From: a virus
Reading direction: 5' to 3' (one strand)
DNA length: 64,000 nt
Virus record (IMG/VR): IMGVR_UViG_3300021960_000046
Location: 1-64,000 of that record
Shown here: positions 34,694-43,298 of the stretch, piece by piece
How positions within the stretch are numbered: position 1 is the stretch's first letter
Layout: every line of letters starts with the position of its first letter
The notes under the pieces: model-generated
What the model was told of the DNA's origin: nothing
The model's database searches: none
The model's input: only the letters and a program-made list of their open reading frames with translations
Made by a program: the position numbers and the translations under genes

Positions 34694-35890
34694 TTAGATA
34701 ACCTCTTGGTCATCTGAGGACTCCTCCTCACTCATTTGGGAAGCAATATCAGATTGTCTTTGCTGTTCTGCTATCTGCTCAGCAGTAGCACCAGCGTCAA
34801 CTTTCTGGTATAGTTCCATAAATGAATTCTTTGTATCATCATCAAATCTGTTTGTACACACTTCAATAGCTTTCATTTTGTTATTGAAGATAGCAAACGC
34901 TTGAATGATATGTACTAACCTTCTGGTTGAAATAATCTCATCAACACCACCATCAAAGTAGGTTTTTCTGATTACATCAGCCCAAGTTACCAACTTATTA
35001 CAAAAGTCTTTGTCTTTTTTACCAGACTTTTCTAAAGTATTGATAAGGATTTTCTCCTCAACCTTAGCAGTTGGATACTTTTGTTCAAAGGTAATTGGAA
35101 ATCTTTCCAAGAACGCCTCGTTCAATACATTAGTACCGATAAACTTACCATCATCACTACCTTGACCTTTTGTATTGGCAGTAGCAATGACATTGAAACC
35201 ATCAGCAGGTTTCACAAACTTGTTAATCTTTTTAACAAAGACACCAGAGCCTTCTAAGATTGGTTGTAAACACATAATCTTATTAGACGCAAGGTCAATC
35301 TCATCAAGTAACAAGACAGCGCCTCTTTCCATGGCTTCGATAACAGGACCATTTTGCCATACGGTCTGACCGTCTTTAAGTCTGTAACCACCTAAAAGGT
35401 CGTCTTCATCTGTCTCAATGGTAATGTTAACCCTAATAAGTTCTCTCTTATTCTCGGCACAAGCCTGAGTAACACCCATTGTCTTACCATTACCAGACAA
35501 ACCAGTAATGAAGATTGGATAAAACATTCCAGATTTAACAATCTGTTTAACATCTGGATAGTTACCAAATGAAACGAATACTGGATCCTTTTTAGGAACA
35601 ATATCGCCTGTTAGTGAAGACACAACATAAGCCGCCTCATAATTTTTTTGACTTTCTGGTGCCAAAATCTTTTCAGCAACCGGAGTAGTCTCACCAACTC
35701 CTTCACCATCAACTGGTAGTTTGAACATAGACTTACCAATTTTGTAGTCTGAGTTCTTAATCAACCATTGAGGTGCATATTTACAGCCAAACTTTTTGTT
35801 GGCTTCTTTAAGTTGTTGAACCGTTAACTCGGCAGTACCGAATTTTTGAACGGCATAATCAACAAACTCTTTTTGTTTAGTATTTAACAT
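34694..35890 (-). CDS. CobS-like/MoxR-type AAA+ ATPase
   Basis: GLSGNGKT, LLLDEID, ATANTKGQG, NEAFLERF, ISTRRL. Confidence 0.9.
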   Translation of the reverse strand: MLNTKQKEFVDYAVQKFGTAELTVQQLKEANKKFGCKYAPQWLIKNSDYKIGKSMFKLPVDGEGVGETTPVAEKILAPESQKNYEAAYVVSSLTGDIVPKKDPVFVSFGNYPDVKQIVKSGMFYPIFITGLSGNGKTMGVTQACAENKRELIRVNITIETDEDDLLGGYRLKDGQTVWQNGPVIEAMERGAVLLLDEIDLASNKIMCLQPILEGSGVFVKKINKFVKPADGFNVIATANTKGQGSDDGKFIGTNVLNEAFLERFPITFEQKYPTAKVEEKILINTLEKSGKKDKDFCNKLVTWADVIRKTYFDGGVDEIISTRRLVHIIQAFAIFNNKMKAIEVCTNRFDDDTKNSFMELYQKVDAGATAEQIAEQQRQSDIASQMSEEESSDDQEVI

Positions 35891-35891
35891 A

Positions 35892-35990
35892 GTGTATGTC
35901 CTTTCATATTTAAGTTAATTTCTCACTTTATGGGTCCATCCTACAGGAGTTTCCTGAAAATGGCAACCATTATTTTCACTTTTTTTCAAC
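35892..35990 (-). promoter_or_regulatory. Early promoter cassette
   Basis: A-tract, TTGCCA(35961..35966)-17-TAGGAT(35938..35943), leader shared with 7000..7018. Confidence 0.75.
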
Positions 35991-36036
35991 TTTTTTTTCG
36001 TTGCCAGGTGTGACTTTCCAAGGTGCGACATCCTGT

Positions 36037-38316
36037 CTATGCAACCTCCGCTATAAATTTGTTTAAAATCACTCTGGAAACCAATCTATTTTGCATTGCT
36101 TTACCAAACATTCTCTTAAACTCACCAACGGTTTCTTTTTTAATTTCAGTATCAGACATATCAAAGTTCTCAACTTTAAGTCTTTTACCATCTAGTAAAA
36201 AGTATTTGTTATAACCAGGTTTGTCAACAGCAATGGCCTTGTTTTTGGTCATTTCTTTTCTGGCTAATTCAGTTTTTCTACTTCTTTCCATATAGTCTTT
36301 GCCTTCCATATACTTCTCAATATCCCACCTTTTAACTCTTTTAAGGATAAAGAAACCAAGTATGTTACAATCATATTTGTTTTTAATCATGGTCAACAAC
36401 TTGTCTGTTAAATCATAGTAACTATCTAATACAATCTTATTTTTACCACTTTGCAACACGGCTGTTTTATCATAATCAACCACACTTGATTTGTACCATT
36501 CATCACTACCAATCTCTGCTGGGTTATACATTTGCTTTCTAAAGCTGTTTGCCCCACCATCTGTTAAGGTAATAAAGGTCATTTTCTCAATACCATATTT
36601 GTCTTTGAACATTGGTATCAATTCATTACAAAACACCAACGCTTCGTTAAGTGGTGTATTACCTAAGTACAATGCATTAGGAACACCAAAACTATTGTAT
36701 CTAGCCATTCTTAAATCACTATCAAAATCTTTTTGATAACAATAATTAGCATTGTAATATTGTGCCATGTGGTACATATACATACCTGCTAATTCAAATT
36801 CTTTCTTAGTCATTCTGTGACTAAAGCAATTAACTAGATTGAAGTTCTCAAACGACCAATCACCTTCTTTGTAGTTAAATGACTTTTCTTGTTTATCACT
36901 TCTCTCACTAGTAAAGAAATAAACTTCAAAAGGAATATTTACTTTTCTAACAAACTCTACAAGGTTAAGTAATTGCTCAACGGTATTCATTAGAGTATCA
37001 CTCATAGAACCAGACCAATCAAGTAACATCATCATACCGTGGTTTTTACCATCAGGTATAATAGTCAATTTCTTAAAGATATCATCTGAGTATTTGTAAC
37101 TAGGTAGTTTTAAAGGGTCAATAATACCTGTCTTATCTGTTTGTGCTCTCTTGTAAGCAGTAGCAGCTTTCTTCATCTCAAACTCTTTAACAAGATACAT
37201 AACCGTTTTCTTGTTTTCTTTTTGAAACTTTTTAAATGTATCTTTTAACCATGACATATATGGCACATCTTCATAATTGTATGCTCTATGTCTAATTCTT
37301 TCTTCTTGCATTAATTGAAGAAACTTTTTGTAAGTAAAGATAGATTTAAGATTTGCTTTTGGTATAGAACCGTAAGTGAAACCTTTTGTCTTACTATCAA
37401 GTAGTTCTGATTTCTTTTCTTCGTAAGCTTGGTCAGTTACAGCTTTTAAAAGTTTGTTAGATGGTGTGCCATCTGAACCTTTACCGTATTGACCAGGTTC
37501 ACCAGTTTTTTCTTCTTTATTTTCTGTTTTTTCTTCTTGTGTACTAGATGAATTTTCATTAGCAGGTTTTTCATCATCTGCTTTTTCATCACCAAAGTTA
37601 TTGAAATCATTTTTTTCATCTGATTGGTCGTTATCATCAGCACTATCAAACTCATCTTCAAAGTCATCTTCATTACCAAGTTCATAAGTTTTAACAATAG
37701 ATAACTCATCAAAGTTAGGAAGTTTTTGCATTTCCTCAACTTGTTCTTTCTGCCATGCTAACATCTCTTTAGCAAGTGAAAGTACATCATCAAAGGTAGT
37801 CACTTGGTCAACTTTAGCCAACCAGTTATTATCTTGGTCGTTAAATGAAAAAGGTAGTCTGTTAAGTGATTTACTTCTTAGATTAATCTTGTCGATAATC
37901 ATTAAGTCTGTATTGATATCTTTACCATAAAGACCAAAGAAGTTCTTTTTTTCTAAGATATCAAAACCGTTTAGGTAGTTTTTAACTACACCAGGATATT
38001 TTGCTTGAATTAATTTGTCAATTCTTGTGTCTTCGATAACATTGACATATGACCTTAGTTCTTGGTCAGTAATGCCTTCCCATTCTTCATAAGGTGTATA
38101 TAATGCGTGTGAACATTCGTGTGCTATAAGCATGTCATAGACATCACCAGATTGTTCTTTGAAAATTGGTAGGGTTAGAATTCTGTTTTTGACATCAAAA
38201 GAAGCAGTCGCAACTTTGTCGTGTCTAACGGTAATATTTTCGTTTGCTAGAAGTTTAGCGAGATTACTCTTAACTTCTAAATTTATAGTGTTCATATTAG
38301 TGTCCTTTTTCATCAT
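36037..38316 (-). CDS. vWA-domain partner of the AAA ATPase with N-terminal HExxH metallopeptidase-like domain (start possibly 38295)
   Basis: AHECSHA, NVIEDTRI, acidic linker, LLDWSGSM MIDAS, TPL, LTDG. Confidence 0.85.
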   Translation of the reverse strand: MMKKDTNMNTINLEVKSNLAKLLANENITVRHDKVATASFDVKNRILTLPIFKEQSGDVYDMLIAHECSHALYTPYEEWEGITDQELRSYVNVIEDTRIDKLIQAKYPGVVKNYLNGFDILEKKNFFGLYGKDINTDLMIIDKINLRSKSLNRLPFSFNDQDNNWLAKVDQVTTFDDVLSLAKEMLAWQKEQVEEMQKLPNFDELSIVKTYELGNEDDFEDEFDSADDNDQSDEKNDFNNFGDEKADDEKPANENSSSTQEEKTENKEEKTGEPGQYGKGSDGTPSNKLLKAVTDQAYEEKKSELLDSKTKGFTYGSIPKANLKSIFTYKKFLQLMQEERIRHRAYNYEDVPYMSWLKDTFKKFQKENKKTVMYLVKEFEMKKAATAYKRAQTDKTGIIDPLKLPSYKYSDDIFKKLTIIPDGKNHGMMMLLDWSGSMSDTLMNTVEQLLNLVEFVRKVNIPFEVYFFTSERSDKQEKSFNYKEGDWSFENFNLVNCFSHRMTKKEFELAGMYMYHMAQYYNANYCYQKDFDSDLRMARYNSFGVPNALYLGNTPLNEALVFCNELIPMFKDKYGIEKMTFITLTDGGANSFRKQMYNPAEIGSDEWYKSSVVDYDKTAVLQSGKNKIVLDSYYDLTDKLLTMIKNKYDCNILGFFILKRVKRWDIEKYMEGKDYMERSRKTELARKEMTKNKAIAVDKPGYNKYFLLDGKRLKVENFDMSDTEIKKETVGEFKRMFGKAMQNRLVSRVILNKFIAEVA

Positions 38317-38324
38317 ATGTGTCC

Positions 38325-38414
38325 ATCCTACAGGCCTTTTCCATATAAGTCAAGCGTTTTTGTGATTTTTTTTTAATTTTTTTTCAACAAAAAACCCTTA
38401 TAGGACAAGGGTTT
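38325..38414 (-). promoter_or_regulatory. Early promoter cassette
   Basis: Hairpin AAACCCTT-N7-AAGGGTTT plus U-tract, A-tracts, TTGACT(38348..38353)-17-TAGGAT(38325..38330). Confidence 0.75.
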
Positions 38415-38438
38415 ATGTAGCTGCGTCAAATCGCACAG

Positions 38439-39218
38439 CTAATTTATTGTATTTTTTCGCTCAATATCGTCTTCCGAGCAGTCCGTTCCATACTGGATTT
38501 CGATAATTTTAAGTGGTATATGTTCTTCATTACATAACTGGTGCCATTCACCTCTCTCTATATGTAAGTTATCAAACATTTTATACTCACCTAGTAGTTC
38601 TAAATCTGTGTTACTATTGATTGTATAGACGGTGGCCACACCTTTACTGATAAACCAATGTTCTGACCTATCTTTATGTTTTTGCATAGATAGTCTTTCG
38701 CCAGGCATTACAACTAATTCTTTTACTTTAACTACATTGAGTTCATTATGTATAACTCTATAATATCCCCACGGTCTTTCGGTCTGGTTTGTAGCCCATT
38801 TCTCTAAAATGCTTGATGAGGAGTTACGCTTCTCCGTACCTCCTACACCAAAAGCAAAGGTAATCCAGTCATCTGATTGGAAATACTTCTCTTCAGGTAT
38901 GTTCTCGGCAGTTCTATCACCACCATTGGCAAAGATAATGTGTGCTTTAGGGTAAAATCTTTTGACTTTTAGAATACACTCAATGGCCGTACCGTCCCAA
39001 TCATCAAACGGTATTACATTGTGTACAAACGATAGGTTTTCTACAACCTTTTCTCGTTCATAGAAAGGCATAAAGTATTTGCCTTTCTTTTCTTTTAACC
39101 AATTGTCTGAGTTAAGTCCTACAATCAAATGGTCGCCTAAGGCGGCGGCACATTTCAGGTACTCTATATGTCCTGAATGTAAAGGGTCAAAACCGCCAGT
39201 TGCAATGACTACTTTCAT
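38439..39218 (-). CDS. Cytidylyltransferase-like domain fused to mannose-6-phosphate-isomerase-type cupin
   Basis: TGGFDPLHSGH, FANGGDR, NSSS; then RPWGYY, LSMQKH..RSEHW, IIEIQYG..EDDIER. Confidence 0.88.
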   Translation of the reverse strand: MKVVIATGGFDPLHSGHIEYLKCAAALGDHLIVGLNSDNWLKEKKGKYFMPFYEREKVVENLSFVHNVIPFDDWDGTAIECILKVKRFYPKAHIIFANGGDRTAENIPEEKYFQSDDWITFAFGVGGTEKRNSSSSILEKWATNQTERPWGYYRVIHNELNVVKVKELVVMPGERLSMQKHKDRSEHWFISKGVATVYTINSNTDLELLGEYKMFDNLHIERGEWHQLCNEEHIPLKIIEIQYGTDCSEDDIERKNTIN

Positions 39219-39538
39219 CTATTGTCACCATTGCCACCGATAACACCTCGGTTCATTCGGTCTTGTAATTTAACTATATTGTTGTCAGCAATAGTTTGGA
39301 GGTCGCAGCCAATATCATCAGCCAATACAGCGATATACCACAGGCAATCGCCAATTTCAGCGGATATCTCTTTACGATAATCTTTATTCTTCTCATATCC
39401 ATCTCTTATTAATTTTTTAACTTTGTTCGCCACTTCGCCTGCTTCACCGGCAAGTCCTAACGCTGGATATAAAATCTGGTGTTTCTTGTCGTAGATAGCC
39501 GTTGTCTTGGCCATTTCTTGGTACTCATTGAAATTCAT
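39215..39538 (-). CDS. mazG: MazG-like nucleotide pyrophosphohydrolase
   Basis: LGLAGEAGEVANKVKK, EIGDCLWY, G.GDNR. Confidence 0.9.
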   Translation of the reverse strand: MNFNEYQEMAKTTAIYDKKHQILYPALGLAGEAGEVANKVKKLIRDGYEKNKDYRKEISAEIGDCLWYIAVLADDIGCDLQTIADNNIVKLQDRMNRGVIGGNGDNR

Positions 39539-39550
39539 TTCTATTTAGTC

Positions 39551-40114
39551 CTAATTTGTTTTATACACATAACCCTCAGAAAGACCTAATTCTTTCCATG
39601 TACGATTACTTTCTTGTATATTTAAATCCGGATACACGCCATTGATTTTGTGGTATTCATCAACAAACTCTTTCTCTACCGTGTGAAAATCAATAGGTAT
39701 CTCCTTCTTGTATTTCTTACCATTGAATGTTGGTATCTCTACTTCAACAATCGGCAGTAGTAAAAAATAGACTTCTAACCTATTACCAGCAAGCAATTCT
39801 TGTTTCATATACTTACAGATTGCATAATTTCTCATACTCTCTGTCTTGCCAATATCGCCTCTGAAATAAGCCGAGATGGTCGCTTCGATACCGCCTTTGT
39901 CTTGCGAGCCACCAATCTTTACTATTTTACTATTGTTAGTTAAAATGTAAAGTCTTCCTCTTGGATTCTTTCTGTATTCTTTTAAACAAGTGGTGTTTAA
40001 TGATAACTTATTGTCGTTAAGGAATATCTCACCTAGTTTGACCCATTGAGATAAATCTAAACCATCAATAGAAGTTACTTCTTTGTAACCTAGCATTTCA
40101 GCTATCTTGTTCAT
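39551..40114 (-). CDS. GIY-YIG-like endonuclease (EndoII/restriction-like)
   Basis: GRLYIL...IVKIGGS, VEKEFV, YPDLN degenerate GIY-YIG motifs. Confidence 0.6.
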   Translation of the reverse strand: MNKIAEMLGYKEVTSIDGLDLSQWVKLGEIFLNDNKLSLNTTCLKEYRKNPRGRLYILTNNSKIVKIGGSQDKGGIEATISAYFRGDIGKTESMRNYAICKYMKQELLAGNRLEVYFLLLPIVEVEIPTFNGKKYKKEIPIDFHTVEKEFVDEYHKINGVYPDLNIQESNRTWKELGLSEGYVYKTN

Positions 40115-41418
40115 TATCTTCCTACTTGCGACAGATACTTAGATTTACATTCTTCCCAACTCATATAGATAATATCATCATAGAAATGGCTTTCGGTTGA
40201 AACTCTATCTTGTTTCTTTAAAGACGCCAATCTCTTCTTAGCGTATTTGTTTTTCCATATCTCTGTTAATGCTTCTACTGAATTGTCAAACTTTCTAACT
40301 AACTTGTCTTCTTTAATTTCTTCTCTTAAAAATTCGTTTGTGTTATTAAATAATTCACCAAAGTAAATACCTCTAGCGTGTTCTGATTTAATTAACTTTT
40401 TATCAATACCTAATTTGTTATAGGTAAATGTTAAACTTCTATTTCTATGGTCTCTTTTATGAGGTTGACCACTATCTTTCTTTGCAACATACCATTCAAA
40501 GAATTTATATGTGTGGTTTTTCATCAACCATTGTTGAATAAGTTTCTGTGTTGGTTTTTCTGGTTCAAATGAAACTGAACCTGCTGTCCAACCCATTTTC
40601 TTCCAACCAAATAATCTATCGTATTGTGATAATGGTATTTCTTTTGTCTTACCATATAGTGATGTTGTTGTAACACCCACAAGTTTATCTTTGTATTGTG
40701 CTTCCCAAGTTTTCTCTACCGTATCTGATAAACATAATAGAGCAAGTAGTTTACCACCTACTAGATTATAACCTAATGGTTGAATAGGTACAATCGTACT
40801 ACCAATACAAGTATGATTAATCATTCGTTGAGTTTTAGCTTCTCGTTCCCAACCAATGTGTTTATCTCTTGGTGTTAAATCTAAGAAGTCTGAGGACATA
40901 CAAGTTACACCAAGAAATTTGCCTGTCTTCTTATCTCTAATTAAAAAGTTTAGATTTCTACCAATGTTACTATTGTTTTTCATTGTAGAAAGGAAAGTTC
41001 TTAGACCATTCCAAACGGCAGGACCTTGTGCGTTAGTAGCCTTAGATAATGTTTCGTTAGTGTCTGTGTAAACTAACTCAGGTTCTAAATCAATATATTC
41101 TTCGGGGTCTTCTGGCAACCAGAAGTTATTTTTAATCTCTTGTAGTAATTGACCTTGTGCTGGGTCTTTTAATGTTTTGCCTGTATCATCAAAAAAACTA
41201 TTAGTTTCAACCGTAGGATATTTGTGTTGTACTTCACACCATTTCTGATACAAAGTATATTCTTTTACATCCATAGCAGAAACAAAGGTCAAGTCTTTAA
41301 TAACTTGCGCCTTTAATTTTTCTGTATCTACATCTGGCACTTTGTCTAATGGATTGTTATCTGACCAACTTTGCCATTGGTCGTCAATCGACATGCCTTT
41401 TTTCCACGAATAACTCAT
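40114..41418 (-). CDS. DUF4338/DruA-like protein (paralogue 2)
   Basis: GRNLNFLIRD...LTPRDKHIGW...IVPIQPLGYNLVGGKLLA...TTTSLYG...SQY...GWTAG...H.RGIY. Confidence 0.78.
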   Translation of the reverse strand: MSYSWKKGMSIDDQWQSWSDNNPLDKVPDVDTEKLKAQVIKDLTFVSAMDVKEYTLYQKWCEVQHKYPTVETNSFFDDTGKTLKDPAQGQLLQEIKNNFWLPEDPEEYIDLEPELVYTDTNETLSKATNAQGPAVWNGLRTFLSTMKNNSNIGRNLNFLIRDKKTGKFLGVTCMSSDFLDLTPRDKHIGWEREAKTQRMINHTCIGSTIVPIQPLGYNLVGGKLLALLCLSDTVEKTWEAQYKDKLVGVTTTSLYGKTKEIPLSQYDRLFGWKKMGWTAGSVSFEPEKPTQKLIQQWLMKNHTYKFFEWYVAKKDSGQPHKRDHRNRSLTFTYNKLGIDKKLIKSEHARGIYFGELFNNTNEFLREEIKEDKLVRKFDNSVEALTEIWKNKYAKKRLASLKKQDRVSTESHFYDDIIYMSWEECKSKYLSQVGR

Positions 41419-41425
41419 AATGTAT

Positions 41426-41454
41426 ATCCTAAACTAAAATTCTTAAAATGTCAA
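41426..41454 (-). promoter_or_regulatory. sigma70 promoter, probably giving a leaderless mRNA
   Basis: TTGACA-17-TAGGAT ending 7 nt before the ATG at 41418; no SD. Confidence 0.7.
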
Positions 41455-41457
41455 GTC

Positions 41458-42036
41458 TCAAACGAAATTGCAATTAATTATAATACGGTTCTTATGTTTT
41501 GTTGGTGATTGGCCTGTATGCATATTGAGGCCATTGAATATGAATAGTCTGTTTGCCTTAGGAGATACTCTTTTTATCTCTGTAAAATCTTCTGGTTTAT
41601 ATGTGTACATAGGGTCTTCTTCATATTTCTTATCATATAATTCATCATAAACAATAGTATCACCATCACTATCATTTACATAATAGATTACTGACCAATG
41701 GTTTTTATTAGGCATATCAACATGTGGTTCGTGTGTCTTTTCTTTGTGGCTGTACATAGTCATATCAGCTCTTGCTCTTATGACTTCTTTTGCACCTATT
41801 GTGTCTATACAATCATAGAAGAATGGTGTAAAGAATTTACCATATGGAGAATTGTTATCTAACATATGAAAAAAACCATAACTAGTTAGTTCATCTGTTT
41901 TTATCATCTCACTAGGCAAAGATATATTACTCTTATAGAACCATGGAAACATATCACCTTCGAGTATTCTCTTTATCTCGTTATGATATGTTGGTTTTAA
42001 AAAGTTATCTATGACTTTAATATAATTCTTTTCCAT
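41458..42036 (-). CDS. 2OG-Fe(II) oxygenase
   Basis: HVD, IYYVNDSDGDT, MHTG, RIIINCN. Confidence 0.82.
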   Translation of the reverse strand: MEKNYIKVIDNFLKPTYHNEIKRILEGDMFPWFYKSNISLPSEMIKTDELTSYGFFHMLDNNSPYGKFFTPFFYDCIDTIGAKEVIRARADMTMYSHKEKTHEPHVDMPNKNHWSVIYYVNDSDGDTIVYDELYDKKYEEDPMYTYKPEDFTEIKRVSPKANRLFIFNGLNMHTGQSPTKHKNRIIINCNFV

Positions 42037-42194
42037 TGTTTAAATCTTTCAGTATTCTTGGTACCCACATATTGTTCACCTGTTTCCATATCAACTATTT
42101 TCCATTTCTCAGGTACTCTTGTAAAGATTTCTAAACTCATAGGTCTGTTTAGTACATCTACCTCTTTACCATCTTTAAGCTTGCGTTTTGCCAT
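42009..42194 (-). CDS. Small hypothetical protein
   Basis: 61 aa, PEKWKIVDMETGEQYVG; overlaps both neighbours. Confidence 0.65.
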   Translation of the reverse strand: MAKRKLKDGKEVDVLNRPMSLEIFTRVPEKWKIVDMETGEQYVGTKNTERFKQWKRIILKS

Positions 42195-42735
42195 ATTTCT
42201 TTGCCAGTTCTATCTGTTTCATGGCCTTCTTTCTAGCCAGGTCTAATTTTAACTTTGACATTCCCTCAGTAAACACTCTACCAATCGTATGGTCATATTC
42301 ATGTTGGAATATTCTACTCATCATACCATCTAAATGGCCTTCTTTTAAATCACCATTTTCATCTTCGTATTTTACCACTACTTTTCTTGGTCTTTTAATT
42401 GATAAGAATAAGAATGGAAAAGTTAGACAACCTTCTTTAAACATTACCTGTTCCTCACTTGAAGAAATAATCATAGGATTAAAACAAGTTAATTCTAATC
42501 CTCTTTCTATCTGTGGGTGTCCACCTAAAACAAACATATTGAAAGGCAATCCAACTTGATTGCATGTTAGACCAATGCCACCATATTTTTTCATAGTTGC
42601 AAACATAGCCTCTTTTAATTCGTGTCTATCTTTAAATCCATGTTCTGATAACATATCATCTTTAAATGGTGCAATAGCACTCAAAACTCTGGGGTCTGTA
42701 GGCGGTATTAACTTTAGTTCTTTTACTTCACTCAT
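42175..42735 (-). CDS. def: Peptide deformylase
   Basis: GIGLTCNQVG, EGCLT, QHEYDH. Confidence 0.95.
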   Translation of the reverse strand: MSEVKELKLIPPTDPRVLSAIAPFKDDMLSEHGFKDRHELKEAMFATMKKYGGIGLTCNQVGLPFNMFVLGGHPQIERGLELTCFNPMIISSSEEQVMFKEGCLTFPFLFLSIKRPRKVVVKYEDENGDLKEGHLDGMMSRIFQHEYDHTIGRVFTEGMSKLKLDLARKKAMKQIELAKKYGKTQA

Positions 42736-43298
42736 GTAATTATCCTTCTGTAATTGTAAGCAATGCTAATTCTTGGTTCATCTGAGTTGTGCATTGTTAC
42801 TGCATGTTTTAAATGACTTCTAAAAATAATCAATTTACAATCCTCTGATTTATAAGAAACTTGTGTTGGTCCGTCTGCATAAATCATATCAGTATGTGGA
42901 TTATCAAATGACACCTTTGTATTCTCATCACCTGCCTTTAATATGAATATTGCTGATACCATATTCATTGCATGGTGGTGGTACTCTTGGTAGTCACCTC
43001 TCTTGTATATATTAAACCAAGATTGTTCTTTTGATAAATCACCAAACAAAAATTGTAATTCATTTGTATAGTCTTTTACTCTTTCATCAACCCATTTATT
43101 AAGTTCTTTAAAGTCATTATCGGTGTTTAAATCATATTTGTTAATTGTATTATATACATCTGATTGCCAAAACTCACCACCCTTTTCAATCTTACTTTGT
43201 ATTTCAAAACATTTGTCTTGTAATTTTTTTATATAACTTTTATCACCATCATAAAAAGTATATGCGATTGTCTGAGGAAACCACTTCTCTATAATCAT
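42732..43298 (-). CDS. 2OG-Fe(II) oxygenase (TIGR02466-like)
   Basis: SWFN, QEYHHH, IFRSHLKH, RISIAYN. Confidence 0.82.
   Translation of the reverse strand: MIIEKWFPQTIAYTFYDGDKSYIKKLQDKCFEIQSKIEKGGEFWQSDVYNTINKYDLNTDNDFKELNKWVDERVKDYTNELQFLFGDLSKEQSWFNIYKRGDYQEYHHHAMNMVSAIFILKAGDENTKVSFDNPHTDMIYADGPTQVSYKSEDCKLIIFRSHLKHAVTMHNSDEPRISIAYNYRRIIT

Noticed and set aside
23523-41418. A bacterial Druantia defence island or host contamination
   Set aside because: No DruE-like large helicase or other Dru genes; both DUF4338-like genes are embedded among T4 core genes with phage-type promoters and the same composition.
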